A DNA stretch of 64,000 bases from Squalus acanthias (lineage: Eukaryota). Positions 1-11,941 of this stretch are shown piece after piece. The notes under the pieces were generated by a model. It did no database searches. It had not been told where the DNA came from and worked only from the letters and a program-made list of their open reading frames with translations. Positions within the stretch are counted from its first letter, which is position 1. Each line of letters opens with the position of its first letter. A program made the translations under genes and the position numbers. The stretch spans positions 28,150,001 to 28,214,000 of the forward strand of contig CM059432.1 of the NCBI GenBank assembly GCA_030390025.1. Direction: 5' to 3'.

Positions 1-491
1 GAGAACTGCCCTGCTGTTCTTCAAATAATATCACAGGACGTTTTACAGGCTGACTGGACCTTTGTTTAACATCTTGTTTAAAATATCAGGTGGTATATAT
101 AGGGTCCATGTGGTCCACTAGACTAGTTTCAATCATCTAAGGATGTCAGAGAAAAAAAATCCCAGGTTTTTTCATCCCTGATTGGCCTTGGTGGATTTCT
201 TTGTTTAAATTCTCCCAGGAGCTTACATGACTGTTGGTGGGTTTGTGAGCTGGTGGGTATGGGTGCCTAATCGTGCTGCTCCAGGCTTTTTCTAAATTAT
301 TCATTCATGGGATGTGAGCGTCACTGGCAAGGCCAGCATTTATTGCCCATCCCTAATTGCCCTTAAAACGGTGGTGGTGAGCCACCTTCTTAAACTGCTG
401 CAGTCCAATGCTGTTGGGGAGGGAGTTCCAGGATTTTGACCCAGCGACGATGAAGGATGGTCTTTTCCTGCCCGTCGATTTTATATGTTTG

Positions 492-642
492 CATCTCATC
501 CAAAAGGTGGCACTTGCGACAGTGCGGCACTCCCTCAGTACTGCTCTTGAAGTATCAGCCTAGATTATGTGCTCAGTGGGGCTTGGAACTCATGACGTTC
601 TGACTTAGAGGTGAAAGTGCTACCACTGAGCCAAGGCTGACA
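492..642 (-). mobile_element. SacSINE1-like DeuSINE, 5' part (continues at about 1-80 after intervening inserts)
   Basis: Reverse complement of the tRNA-like head and Deu-domain start seen at 48370-48805. Confidence 0.7.
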
Positions 643-732
643 CTATAGTATTGAATAACTTGCCAAATACTTTACTAATATTCCTTAATAAAGTGGATGT
701 TCCATTCATATCGATCTCTCTTTTTCTTCCAG

Positions 733-819
733 AGAAGGTGATTGGTGGAGAGTGAGGTCCATTATTGCTGGACATGAGAGCTACATCCCACGTGCCTGTG
801 CCGCTCGAGTTTACCATGG
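733..819 (+). CDS. SLA: Src-like adaptor exon, C-terminal half of SH3 (EGDWWRVRSIIAGHESYIPRACAARVYHG); earlier exons lie upstream of the window
   Basis: Pyrimidine tract plus AG at 731-732, GT at 820. 87 bp, phase 2/2. WW and YIP SH3 motifs; resembles human SLA GGWWKAISLSTGRESYIPGICVARVYHG. Confidence 0.93.
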
Positions 820-877
820 GTAGGTTTATTAGATACAGTTCACCTTTTCTTGTTTGTTTGTCTTGCATTTTCCTCCC

Positions 878-1225
878 CCAACAACAACTTGAATTTATAT
901 AGCGCCTTTAATGTAGTAAAACATCCCAAGGCGCTTTGTTAGCAAACAAAAATTTGACATCACGACACATAAGGAGATATTAGGACAGGTAACCAAAACC
1001 TTGGTCAAAGGGGTAGGTTTTAAGGAGCATCTTAAAGGAGGAGAGAGAGGTAAAGAGGCGGAGCGACTGAGGAAGGGAAATCAAGAGCTTGGGTCCAAGG
1101 CAGCGGAAGGCACGGCCGCCAATGGAGGAGCGATCAAAATCAGGGATGCGCAAGAGGCCCAAATTGGAGGAGTGCTGAGATCTCAGAGGGTTGTAGGGCT
1201 GGAGGAGGTTACAAAGATATGGAGG
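878..1225 (-). mobile_element. L2-type LINE 3' fragment
   Basis: APPYLCNLLQPYNPLRS...GGRAF C-terminal ORF2 remnant and (gtt)n tail. Confidence 0.75.
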
Positions 1226-1392
1226 GGCTCCACATTCAATCAAAGAACTGGCCTCAGCACTCCTGGGGCTAAGGAGGGGGAAAATTAATCAGTTTCTTCT
1301 CTTGAGTACTATCAAGTACCCCATAGTGGAAGGTGCATTTATGGGGTCACTTAGTGAGGACAAATTCAAGCTCAGCTGGGATGCACCTCCAT

Positions 1393-1678
1393 GTCCAAAA
1401 ATGTGCGGGTTAGGTTGATTTGGCTATGATAAATTGACCCTTAGTGTTAGGGGGGGATTAAATATGTGGGGTTATGGGGATAGGATGGGATATGTTAGGG
1501 GAAATTAAATACATGGGGTTACGGGGGTAGGGTGGGATATGTGTACTGTGGGGATTAAAGCAGGGACAGGGTATTGGATTTGGATGATCAGCCATGATCG
1601 TATTGAATGGTGGAGCAGGCTCGACGGGCCGAATGGCCTACTCCTGCTCCTAGATTCTATGTTTCTATGTTTCTATGT
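1393..1678 (+). mobile_element. 5'-truncated HE1/V-SINE body carrying a long CR1-derived tail
   Basis: Near-identical to 5350-5450, then the same 3' end and (ttctatgt)n tail as the CR1 at 14010-14101. Confidence 0.75.
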
Positions 1679-2289
1679 CGAATATCCTGCCAATCTAGGC
1701 CCGCATATGAAGGATTATTACTTGTCTGAAGTACCGAGCACTGACAGCTCCCATGGGACTATAGCCCAACATAAGTCAGCACTTTGAAGAAAGAAGAGGA
1801 ACAATTAGGGGGGGGGAAAGGAAACTGAGATCTGCCTGCATTGAGTTAATAGGATCAAACAAGCCCAAGTCTGTTCCTTCAGTCCCAGTTCATTATTTGC
1901 TAAAAGATACAAGGTCAGTTCAGACTAACCTCCTCCCCCCCCAAAAAAAACATAAACACCGTGGTTAGACAATAACCAGGCTGATCCTCCTGCTGCTAGA
2001 ATCACACCGTCTTTGTGACACAACAATGCAGGGTTTTCAACCTGCACTTAAGCTTTAGTGACCTAAGTACAACACCAAGATCCAATTGTGGTGACTGTAG
2101 AATTTCCCCACCTTGTACAATGTACTTCAGGTACTCACTGCATCGAGTATCTAATTGACCTCATCTAATTGTAGTAATTAGACTTTGTCATCTAGACAAG
2201 TTAAACCAAGCGGCACCTGAGCAGCAGAATAATACGCTGTGCATTGCAAGATATAAACCCTTCTGTCCTCATAAAGCAGCCTATCATAG

Positions 2290-2850
2290 AATTATCGAAT
2301 CATAGAATCTTACAGCACAGAAGGAGGTCCTTCGGCCCATTGTGCCTGTGCCGGCTCTTTGTAAGAGCTATCCAATTAATCCTATTCTCCTGCTCTTTCC
2401 CCATAACCCTGCGAATGTTTCCTTTTCAAGTATATATCCAATTTCCTTTTGAAAGTTACTATTGAATCTGCTTCACCATTCTTTCAGGCAGTGCATTCCA
2501 GATCATAACAACACGCTGCTTTCAAAAATTCTCCTCATCTCCCCCACCCCGGCTCTTTTGCCAATTATCTTAAATCTGTGTCCTCTGGTTACCGACCCCC
2601 CCCTCCCCCCCCTTCCCCCCCCCCCCCCAGCTTGGTGAAAGAGGCACGTTTTAAGGAGCATCTTAAACAGTGGAACCAGTTCTCCATTTTGATAGTTTTG
2701 ACCCATCATAATTTTGAACACCTTTATTAAATTTCCCCTAACCTTCTCTGCTCTAAGAAGAACAATCCCAGCATCTCTAGACTCTCAACATAACTGATAT
2801 CTCTCATCTCTGGCATCATTCTGGTAAATCTCCTCTGCCATCTTTCCGAG
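2290..2850 (-). mobile_element. Degenerate CR1 3' fragment
   Basis: FKIM...TRGHRFKIIGK remnant and CR1 tail. Confidence 0.7.
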
Positions 2851-3524
2851 GCCTTGCTATCGACCGACATTGTCAGCAAAACCACAGGAGATCTTTTCAT
2901 AATTTAAAACAATACTAGAACTATACGGCAAATCAGTAAGCATCTAAAAGAGAAAGATAGGTTAATAGTTCAGCTGCTTTTAGACATTAACAGGAAGGGT
3001 GGTTGAAGCCAGGATGCTGGATTCATTTGAGCTTGATGATGTAAGAGGAAAACAGTAAGTTGGTATTCTGGAAGGCCAAAATCAAGTAGGCTACAGGGAA
3101 TTCTTCAGCCACCCTCTTGTGATCTTGTTTGACCCTCTAGTCAAACTAGACAAGGAAGGGCAACAGGTAGGGAACAAAAGTTAAAATGATAGTTAATTTC
3201 ACAAAAAAATCAGCTAATAGAAAGAACTTGCATTTGGACAATGCCTTGTCCTCGTCTCAGGATGACCCGAAATGCTTCACAAGATAATAGGCTTATAAAT
3301 GCATTTTAAAATGTTAAAAAGAGGTGAAAGGTATTACACAAAGGTCATCTCCATCTGGCATGTGAAAAGGCATTGGAAGATAAAGACATGGGCCATTCAT
3401 GGGTCCACAGTGGAAAGGGAAGCAGTGGAATGGAATTGAAAATCAGGGAGATAACTAAGGTCTGTTAGTTTGCGAGTGAAGCACCAGTGCGGCAATACAT
3501 GTTTCCTCTGCTGAGCTTCACGTG

Positions 3525-4170
3525 TGCCCGTGCTGGCTCTTTGCTAGAGCAATCCAAAACTAACTCCACTGCAGATCTCTCCCCATAGTTCTGTATCTTC
3601 ATCGACTTCAAATAGTTATTCAATTATCCCTTAACCAATACAATGGTCTCTGCCTCAAACACTCCCTGTGGCAAAAGAGTCCATGTTCCAACAATGCTCT
3701 GTGTAAACAAAACATTCTCTGAACCTCAATTCAAAATTGATGACCCTTCATCGCTGACTCTCCAACCAGAGGAAAGACTTTCCCTATTCACTCTATCAAA
3801 ACTCTTCATAATTTTAAAATTTTTATTTAAATCTCCACTTAGCCTTTTCTGCTCCAGTGGAAATGGTCCCAGTATCTCATGTGTCTCCTCATACCTATAG
3901 TTTTCCATCTCTGGTATCATCCTGGTAAATTTACACTGTAAATGCTCTATGGCTTTAATGTCCTTTTAATAATGAAGCACCCAAAACTGCTCACAGTACT
4001 CTAATGGGCCTAACCAATGTTTTCTATAAATTCATCATTACTTTAATCTTATACTCTATGCCCATATTAATAAACCCTGAATTTCTATTGGTCTCTTTAT
4101 GGCGTTCCCTACCCGCACTTATGCTTTCAGGGAATTATGTATTTGAACCTCTAGGTCTCACTCTTCATCC
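3525..4170 (-). mobile_element. Degenerate CR1 3' fragment
   Basis: MIPEM..YEE..LEQKRL.GDL...FKIM remnant. Confidence 0.7.
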
Positions 4171-4711
4171 ACATTCTTGAAGTTAATGGAAAAGAAAATC
4201 GGGCGAGGTGTAAAAATGGGCTGCTGATTTGCTATCACCTGATTTTCGTCCGTCAATAGTTTAAATTACTCCCAGGAAGTGCGGCATTGTTGGAGATTCT
4301 GCCTTTCAAAGGAACAATTAAACGAAGTCCTGTCTGCCAGTTCAGATGCATGTAAAAGATTGTGCAGCATGATACGAAGAGCAGGGAGATGTCCTGGCCA
4401 ACATTCCTCCCTCAACTCAAAACTAGTTACTTATCTCCTTTGCAGTTTCTGTAAATGTGTGTAAATTTGCTGCTAAATTTCCTTACATGACAACAGTGAC
4501 TGCACTTCAAAGACATCATGAGGATGTGGTATGATGCCTCTATCAATGCAAGTTCTTTCTAATCAGCATTTAGAATGCTTTTCTTAGTAATGAATTAGAG
4601 GTAATTAATCCAAGATCCAGTTTTCTAGATTGATGAGGTAAATTGAGCAGAATGTCCTTCCTCATCTTATTTATCTGGTGAATGATCACTGGTGCCATGT
4701 TCTGTACACAG

Positions 4712-4815
4712 TTGGCTCTTTGAAGGAGTCGGGAGACAGAAGGCAGAAGAGTTGCTGCAGCTGTCCGGCAACAGAGTAGGCTCCTTCTTGATAAGGCAAA
4801 GCGAAAGCCAAAAAG
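4712..4815 (+). CDS. SLA: SLA exon, SH2 N-terminal part (WLFEGVGRQKAEELLQLSGNRVGSFLIRQSESQKG)
   Basis: AG at 4710-4711, GT at 4816. 104 bp, joins the previous exon in frame (GG+T=Gly). Contains the FLIR phosphotyrosine-binding motif. Confidence 0.95.
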
Positions 4816-5201
4816 GTAGGTTCTATTGTACATGAACAGCATATGTATGGAATCATTAAAAGTTAAAACACAGAAATAAGCCACAAAGTTTGTGTTGGTG
4901 TTTTTCACCATTTGACTCATCTAGTCTGATTCCACTCTCCTGCTCGCTCCCTCTTGCCTTTTAATATTCCTCTTTTTAAGTAACTATCTAATTGCCTTTT
5001 AAAAGTATTTGTGTATTCTGCTTCAACTATGGTTTGTGGCAGGCAATTCCACATTCTGACCATCATCTGGCTAAAGATTTTTTTTCCAAACGTCAGCTTT
5101 TTATTATGTTAAGTTTGAGCCTAAGATCTTGTGCGTTGAACATTAACTAGTGCTGTGGGGGAGGGTTTAAACTAATTTGGCAGAGGGAGGGGAACCAGGA
5201 C

Positions 5202-5515
5202 AACACGGTGGCATAGTGGTTAGCACTGTTGCCTCACAGCGCCAGGGACCCGGGTTCGAATCCAGCCCCGGGTGACTGTCTGTGTGGAGTTTGCACATTC
5301 TCCCCGTGTCTGCGTGGGTTTCCTCCGGGTGCTCCGGTTTCCTCCCACAGTCCAAAGATGTGCGGGTTAGGTTGATTTGGCTATGATAAATTGACCCTTA
5401 GTGTTAGGGGGATTAAATACGTGGGGTTACGGGGATAGGGTGGGATATGTGTCGGTGCAGGCTCGATGGGCCGAAATGGCCTCTATCTGCACTGTGGGGA
5501 TTCTGTGATTCTGTG
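5202..5515 (+). mobile_element. Full-length HE1-type V-SINE inserted in a decayed CR1 fragment (about 5135-6090)
   Basis: A box TGGCATAGTGG, B box GGTTCGAATCC, V-domain (tgtggagtttgcacattctccccgtgtctgcgtgggtttcctccggg), (ttctgtga)n tail, AGGAC duplicated at 5197-5201 and 5516-5520. Confidence 0.9.
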
Positions 5516-6449
5516 AGGACGTAGCAGCAAAGAGGAGAGAACAGGTGCATAGAAAACTAGGAGGAGCAACAGAATAAAGAATAGTGTAGAAAAAGCAGGA
5601 ATTAGATGGAGGGAAAAAAAGCAAAGCAGACTAGCATGGTGTTGGAATGTATGTGTGTTAATGTGAGGAGTGTTACAAATAAGGTTGATGAGCTGCAGGC
5701 ACAAGTAGGTTATGATATAGTGGCTATAACGGAGACCTGGCTTAAACATGGGCAGGAATAATAACTAAACATTCCTGGCTATAATGCATTCTGATGGGAA
5801 AAAAGAGAGCAATATTACAGTTCAACAGAGGGACCTTGGGGTTCAAAGACTGAACTATTTGGTTAGAGTAAAGGATCAGAAAAAGTGCTGTAACATTGCT
5901 GAGTTTTTACTATATACTCCCAAATAGTGAGAAGGAGATAGAGAAGCAAATCTGTAGGCCAATTTCAGAGAAATGTAAAAATAATAGAGTAGTAATTGTA
6001 GGGGACTAGTCAGAGAAAAATACAGTGCAAAGAGCAAGGAGGGTGATGAATTCCTAAAATGTATACAGGAGAACTTTCTTAATCAGTATGTTTATTTAAT
6101 GATGTGTATCAGTACACCAAACTTCCTTTGTGTCTCTACTCCATTTAACTCTTCCTATTGAAGCTGCGTTTAATTTTCCTATTCTTGCAACACTATGTCC
6201 CAACTCTGCTCCCTCTCCAACTGGTTAAGAGTGCAGCCACCAGCTAAGAAGCAACCTCAACCTTCACATACAGTGCTCTCTAACTATACATTCATATCTG
6301 TTACCTGCCTATGTATATGTTGAATGTCTTCAAACACATATGTATAATGAACACATATACAAGTGGTAGTGTGACTTTATATTTAGCATGGTTTAAACAG
6401 ATATGTAAACCTTGCGAATTATTTAGTGTTCGTGTGCATGTTCTTGCAG

Positions 6450-6599
6450 GTACATATTGCCTATCTGTCAGACACTACAGTGATATACCTCAGAGACAGG
6501 TAAAGCACTATCGGATCTTCCGTTTGCCCAATAAGTGGTATTATATCCAAGAACGCCTCACCTTCCAGTGTCTAGAAGATCTAGTCAATCACTATTGCG
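6450..6599 (+). CDS. SLA: SLA exon, SH2 core ([50 protein letters not shown])
   Basis: ttgcAG at 6448-6449, GTGAGT at 6600. 150 bp. Nearly identical to human [33 protein letters not shown]. Confidence 0.96.
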
Positions 6600-6879
6600 G
6601 TGAGTATCACAATAACTTCAATTACACCTCTTGAAAGCTCTGTGTTGCAGCTTTGAAATTGAGTTCACTGCGTGCCAGAGGTGGGTTAGCCCACTGCCCT
6701 TCCAAAATTACTCTGGGCCAGGTTTCAAATCCAGGCCAAAGATAAACACCTCTTCTCCATTTTAATGCATTTTTTGGTAGGTGTCGCACAAAAGTACAAA
6801 ACTATCCAGAATTAGCAATCTCATTCAAAGAGACCGCAAAGATGGCTTGTATAAGAATTAGAAAGATCTCCGTTAGTGG

Positions 6880-7165
6880 ATGCTGTTGTATGTTTTATGC
6901 GCACAGTAAGGTCCCTAAAATGACAAAGAGATAAATGACCAGAAAATCTGTTTTTAATGATGTTGTTTGAAGGATAACTATTGGCCAGGACACCAGGAGA
7001 ACTCCCCTGCTCTTCAAAATAGTGCCAAGGGATTTTTTACATCCATCTGAGAGGGAAGATGGGTTTAACGTCTCATCTGAAAGCTGGCACCTTCGACATT
7101 GCAGCGTTCCCTCAGTACTGCATTTGGGTGTCAGCCTGGATTATGTGTTCCAGTCTCTGGAGTGG
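6880..7165 (-). mobile_element. SacSINE1-like DeuSINE fragment
   Basis: Reverse-complement similarity to 48370-48805. Confidence 0.7.
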
Positions 7166-7169
7166 GCAG

Positions 7170-7805
7170 ATTGAGAGTCTGGCTGGCTGGCTGTCAGGCA
7201 GTTAGGCCTTCGGTACCAGGCCGCAGCCGGGGAGCGGAGAGGAGAGAGAGAGGGATCAGAAAGGCCGGGGTGGGGGGGAAAGATCGGAGGCCAGAAGGCA
7301 GAACGGAGGCCAGAGGATAGATCGGGGTCCGGAGCAGGAGGGAGATCGGAGGCCAGAAGGATGCTGGGGCAGGGTGATCGGAGGCCTTGTTGAGGAGATC
7401 AGAAGTTGTGGGGGGGGAGATCTGAAGAGTTGGGGGGAGATCAAAAGGGTCGGGGAGGTGTCTGATCGTGGAGGGTTGGTGAAGCAGGTAAACTGTATCC
7501 AGCAGGTAAGTGGAAAGGCACTTACCTCCTAGATCCAGAAGTCCTCGCCTCCCTCTAGCCGTCGGGTTTCCCGAGGCCCGAAATACATGGCCGGCCAGGG
7601 TTAAATGTAGAATGGTGGTTAAAAATGAGGTTAAAACTGCCAACCAGCCTCCTGGGAGCGGGTTGGTTGCCCGCACCCCATCCCACCTCCATTAAAACCG
7701 GAAGTGGGCAGTTTGAAGGTGGGTTGGGGTCGGGATTCAGATATTTAACATTTTACCATCCCACCCGCCCAAACCCACCAGTTTTTGGGGGTTAAAATTT
7801 CCCCC
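7170..7805. mobile_element. Partial non-autonomous DNA transposon, probably Harbinger-type; same end as 28677-28915 in reverse orientation
   Basis: End gggggttaaaatttccccc; 7560-7805 is reverse-similar to 28677-28915; internal gatcggaggcc repeats. Confidence 0.55.
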
Positions 7806-8577
7806 ATTGGCTCCAAAAATCTGTGTACGTTCCAGGAAAGTCAGGGCACATTCTGGGCGGGCAGATATTTGGGACAGCGGAAATTGGGGCAGGACTCAGT
7901 TACACGAGGTCTCTGTCCAGGAGACTGCTTGCTGGCAACTTGCACAAGGGTGGAACTTCTATCTGCCCCATCATGGTCCGTGATATCAGAGGAGGTGGGG
8001 TGAAGCGAGGAACTTCTCCACACCAGGAATTCCTTAGGGTTCTGCCTCCCTTCTGTCCAGCAATCTGGACACAGCGAAGAATCTGGGCTACAGATCGGCT
8101 TAAAGGCGGAATCCTGGCCTGGACACCTCTAAACTTGCTGGCTTAGAAAGTAATATGGGCTCCATTATACAGAAGGCCAATTGGTCAAAAGCTAAAAAGG
8201 AGCGTCCAAATCAGTGGCACCAGCTAACCTGCAAGCAACTTGCTAGTGCTGCATTGTCTGCCTCCCTCCCTCCCAGTGGGCACTCAACATGCACCCACAC
8301 TGGGACAGGTGCCCTCTGAAGGAGAGATGATCCCACCCTGACCATGGACACTCTGGAAGAGTCAGGAGCAGACGCTGGTGCCTCCCATTCCACCGCACTT
8401 ACATCAGCAGAGGACTGAGGACTTTCGAGGCTATCTAATTATGGGCATGAACCATGGGTCCCGGCACAAAGTCTTATTGTCTCATTATTTATTAGTTTGT
8501 TTTCAGTTTGCATTAAAATGACCAATCGCAATCACAGACACTGCAGAGCTGACGCACCAAATGTCTCTTTATTTCAG

Positions 8578-8701
8578 AGGTAGTAGATGGTCTGTGCTGT
8601 TTGCTGACCCATCCTTGCCTGGCTCAGCTCAGCACCGAACGCCCTCCTGAGCAGTCTGTCATACTACGTCACAACGACTTCAGCTGGAGGAACGTGAGCA
8701 G
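8578..8701 (+). CDS. SLA: SLA exon, SH2 end and linker (EVVDGLCCLLTHPCLAQLSTERPPEQSVILRHNDFSWRNVSR)
   Basis: tttcAG at 8576-8577, GTAACT at 8702. 124 bp, in frame. DGLCCxLxxPC motif. Confidence 0.95.
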
Positions 8702-8725
8702 GTAACTGGACTAAAACATTCTATC

Positions 8726-8936
8726 ACAGTAGCAAAATACTGCGGATGCTGGAAATCTGAAATAACAACAGAAAGTGCTGGAAACACTCAGCAGGCCAGG
8801 CAGCATCGAGGAGAGGAGAAACAGAGTCAATGTTTCGGGTCGAACCAAAGGATTCAACCTGAAACGTTGACTCTGTTTCTCCTCTCCTCGATGTTGCCTG
8901 ACCTGCTGAGTGTTTCCAGCACTTTCTGTTGTTATT
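8726..8936. mobile_element. Palindromic insertion, probably Penelope-derived, with 14-bp TSD
   Basis: taaaacattctatc at 8712-8725 and 8937-8950; 85-nt inverted arms at 8760-8844 and 8853-8937. Confidence 0.8.
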
Positions 8937-10294
8937 TAAAACATTCTATCCCTCCTCTTCAGCAGGACCCCAGGAATCTCAGATATTCATTGGGCAAAAC
9001 GCTCTAATACAGCAGAGATTACTAGATTAACTCCATTTTCCCCATTTTGAAAAGGAGCTCCCCTGAAATCAAACCAATCTGTGGTATCTTGTGACGTACA
9101 TCCTCTTTTACATGTAATCCAAAAAACTCTGGTTCCCTCTTTCATTTCAACTTTCTCCTGAAAAACCTTTAACACTTAAAAGGCCAAGTCTGTCAACAAA
9201 CTTGAAATCCTGCTCTCATGCCTGGGGACACTCTCCCAGTATTGGATAGGATACAATCCTACCCCCAACCTCTAGCCTCTCTCACACTCGCACTTTGGTA
9301 ATCTACACAGAGAGGTGACAGGCAAGGAGACTGAAAAAATGCCACACTGGTGCACCAGGAGTGGTCTACTGAGGTAAGGGCATAGGTACATTGCACAGAC
9401 AGAATAGAGGGAGCTGTACTTTAAATCGAACTTGTGCATTATCCTAAGCTGCGGATGCTAAATGGGGCAGTGTGGAGGATTTAATTTGGATGTAATATGG
9501 ACTTTGGAGCACTTAGTGCTGAAATAATGTGCTCAAGGTGGAAAGTGTTTCACTCCCTGTCACAAAAACAACTTCCCTTCAGCAGCACAATTATTTTTGG
9601 ATTAGGTCAATAAACTGACAGGCGTATTGGAATATAAGATGTGCGGAGACACAATGGTGCAACATGTTGGAGTAGCACCACAAAGGACATGTATTTATGC
9701 CCATAATTCCTTTCTCAATACCAGTAATGATGGAAGATGCTGAGTGGAAGCTGCACTATATGACATGGAATTCAATTTGTATCCAGTAGCTGGAAGCTGC
9801 CCCTCCCAACAAAACATTCCTCGAACTCGGGCCTTTTGTGCAGCCTCCCCTCTCCCTTTGCCCCACTATTAGCAGTTGTGTTAATGTATAGGGCCCATGC
9901 TCTGGCAATCCCTCGCTAAATCTCTCCGCCTCTTCACCTCCGTCTCCTCTTTTCCGCCCTCCTTCCTACATTACAACAGTGACTACATTTCAAAAGTACT
10001 TCATTGGTTGTAAAGCGCTTTGGGACATCCTGAGGTCGTGAAAGGCGCTATATAAATGCAAGTCTTTCTTTTTTTTCCCCTTCAAATCCATCTCTGACCA
10101 ATCTTTTGGTCACCTCTCTCTTCTTTATCTTGGTGTCCATTTTTATCTGATGACTTCTCGGCGAAGTGCCTTGGGATGTTTTTCTACATTAAAGGCACAA
10201 TATAAATGCAAGTTGTTTTTGCAGTTCTATTACTGTACTCATTTTGGTTGAGAGGTCAAAAACTAAGAAATTAGAGGATGTGCTGCTGAAGGAA

Positions 10295-11140
10295 CAGATG
10301 AACGTAGGAACGAAGAGGTCACTCAGTCCATCGAGCCTGTTCTGCCATTCAATTAGATCATGGCTGATCTGTACCTCAACTCCATTTACCCACCTTTGTT
10401 CCATATCCCTTTATGCCCTTACCTAATAACAATCTAATAATCTCAGTCTTGAAAATTTCAATGGGTCCAGCATCCACAGCACTCTGGGGGAGTGAGTCCA
10501 GATTTCCACTACCCTCTGTGTGAAAAAGTGCTTCCTGATTCCACTCTTAAATGGCCAAGCTCTAACTTTAATATTATAACCCCTTTGTTCTGGATTCCAC
10601 CACCAGAGAAAATAGTTTCTCTGTTTCTAATCTATTGAATCCCTTTGTCATTTTAAACACCTCAATCAGCTCACCTCTCAACCGTCTGAACTCAAGGGAA
10701 TACAAGCCAAGTTTATATAACCTGTCTTCATAACTTAAGCCTTTAAGCCCTGGTATCATTCTGGTCAATCTGAACTGTACCCCTTCCAAGGCCAATATAT
10801 CCTTCCTGAGGTGTGGTGTCCAAAACTGAACGCAGTACTCCAGATGGGGCCTGACCAAGGCTCGATACAACTGAAGCATAACTTCCCCTATTTTGAATTA
10901 CAACCCTTTGAGATAAAGGCCTACATTTCATTAGCCTTTTTTGATTACATTTTGTACCTGTGCACTAGCTTTTAATGATTTGTGTACATGGACACCTAAA
11001 TCATTTTGCTTCTCCACAGTTCCTAGTCTCTCACCATGAAGAAAATATTCCAATTTGCCTTTCTCACACATTGAACTCCATCTGCTACAGTTTTCCCCAC
11101 TCACATAGTCTGGCTATGTCCCTTTGTAACTTCCTGCTCC
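10295..11140 (-). mobile_element. CR1 3' fragment
   Basis: [17 protein letters not shown]...RRLRGELIEVFK. Confidence 0.85.
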
Positions 11141-11174
11141 TACCAATCAAGGAAGGAAAGAAAAGTAATTGAGT

Positions 11175-11312
11175 ATGGGGAGTTCAGTCTACTGTGCATC
11201 TCCCTTCTTTCCCCCCTCCATTAGTGGCACAGCTACAGCCACCATGGGGGCTTCAGTCTACTGTGCATCTCCCTTCCCTCCTCCCTCCATTAGTGGCACA
11301 GCTTACAGTCAT
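11175..11312. repeat. Two-copy tandem duplication, period about 69 bp
   Basis: atgggg..ttcagtctactgtgcatctcccttc...ctccattagtggcacagct starts at 11175 and 11244. Confidence 0.85.
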
Positions 11313-11452
11313 CCCCAGCAATCTGGAATATGTTCCTAAACCCCTCCACCTCGTCACGTCTCTCCCAACCTTCCAAAAATCACCTCAAAATCTTCTGAAG
11401 AAATACATACCTCTTTGACCAAACTTTTGGTCACCTGTCCTAATATCGTCTT

Positions 11453-11791
11453 TTTCTTTTTGATAAAAACAATTAAGTAACTGTAACTCAGTAAAACTTT
11501 AAAGGAAACTTAACAAATCAAATTAAAATTTGGTAGTCCGCGGTGACGATGCACTCCAGTCCCCGTGGCGCCCACTGGTCGCGGAAAAACTCAAGCGTGC
11601 CAGCGGACACCGCGTGCTCCATCTCCAGGGCCACCCGGGTGCGAACATGGCCGCGGAAGAGAGGCAGGCAATCGGGCCGGACGACCCCCTCGACCGCCCG
11701 CTGCCTGGACCAATTAATGGCTTTCTTAGCCAGGCCCAGGAGCAGTCCCACGAGGAGGTCCTTCGACCTGCCCGCTCCCCTCCGCACCGGG
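11453..11791 (-). mobile_element. Tx1/L1-group retrotransposon 3' fragment inserted in an L2 tail
   Basis: 14-bp TSD cctaatatcgtctt (11439-11452 and 11792-11805); A-rich tail; ORF end LLLGLAKKAINWSR...FRDQWAPRGLEC. Confidence 0.8.
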
Positions 11792-11941
11792 CCTAATATC
11801 GTCTTATGTGGCTCAGTGTCAAATTTTGTTTGATAATGACTCCTGTGTAGTGCCTTGGGACGTATTACTACATTAAAGGTGCTGTATAAACACAAGTTGT
11901 TGTTGAAAATAGATAGTTGGCAATGAGTTACACAGCGGATA

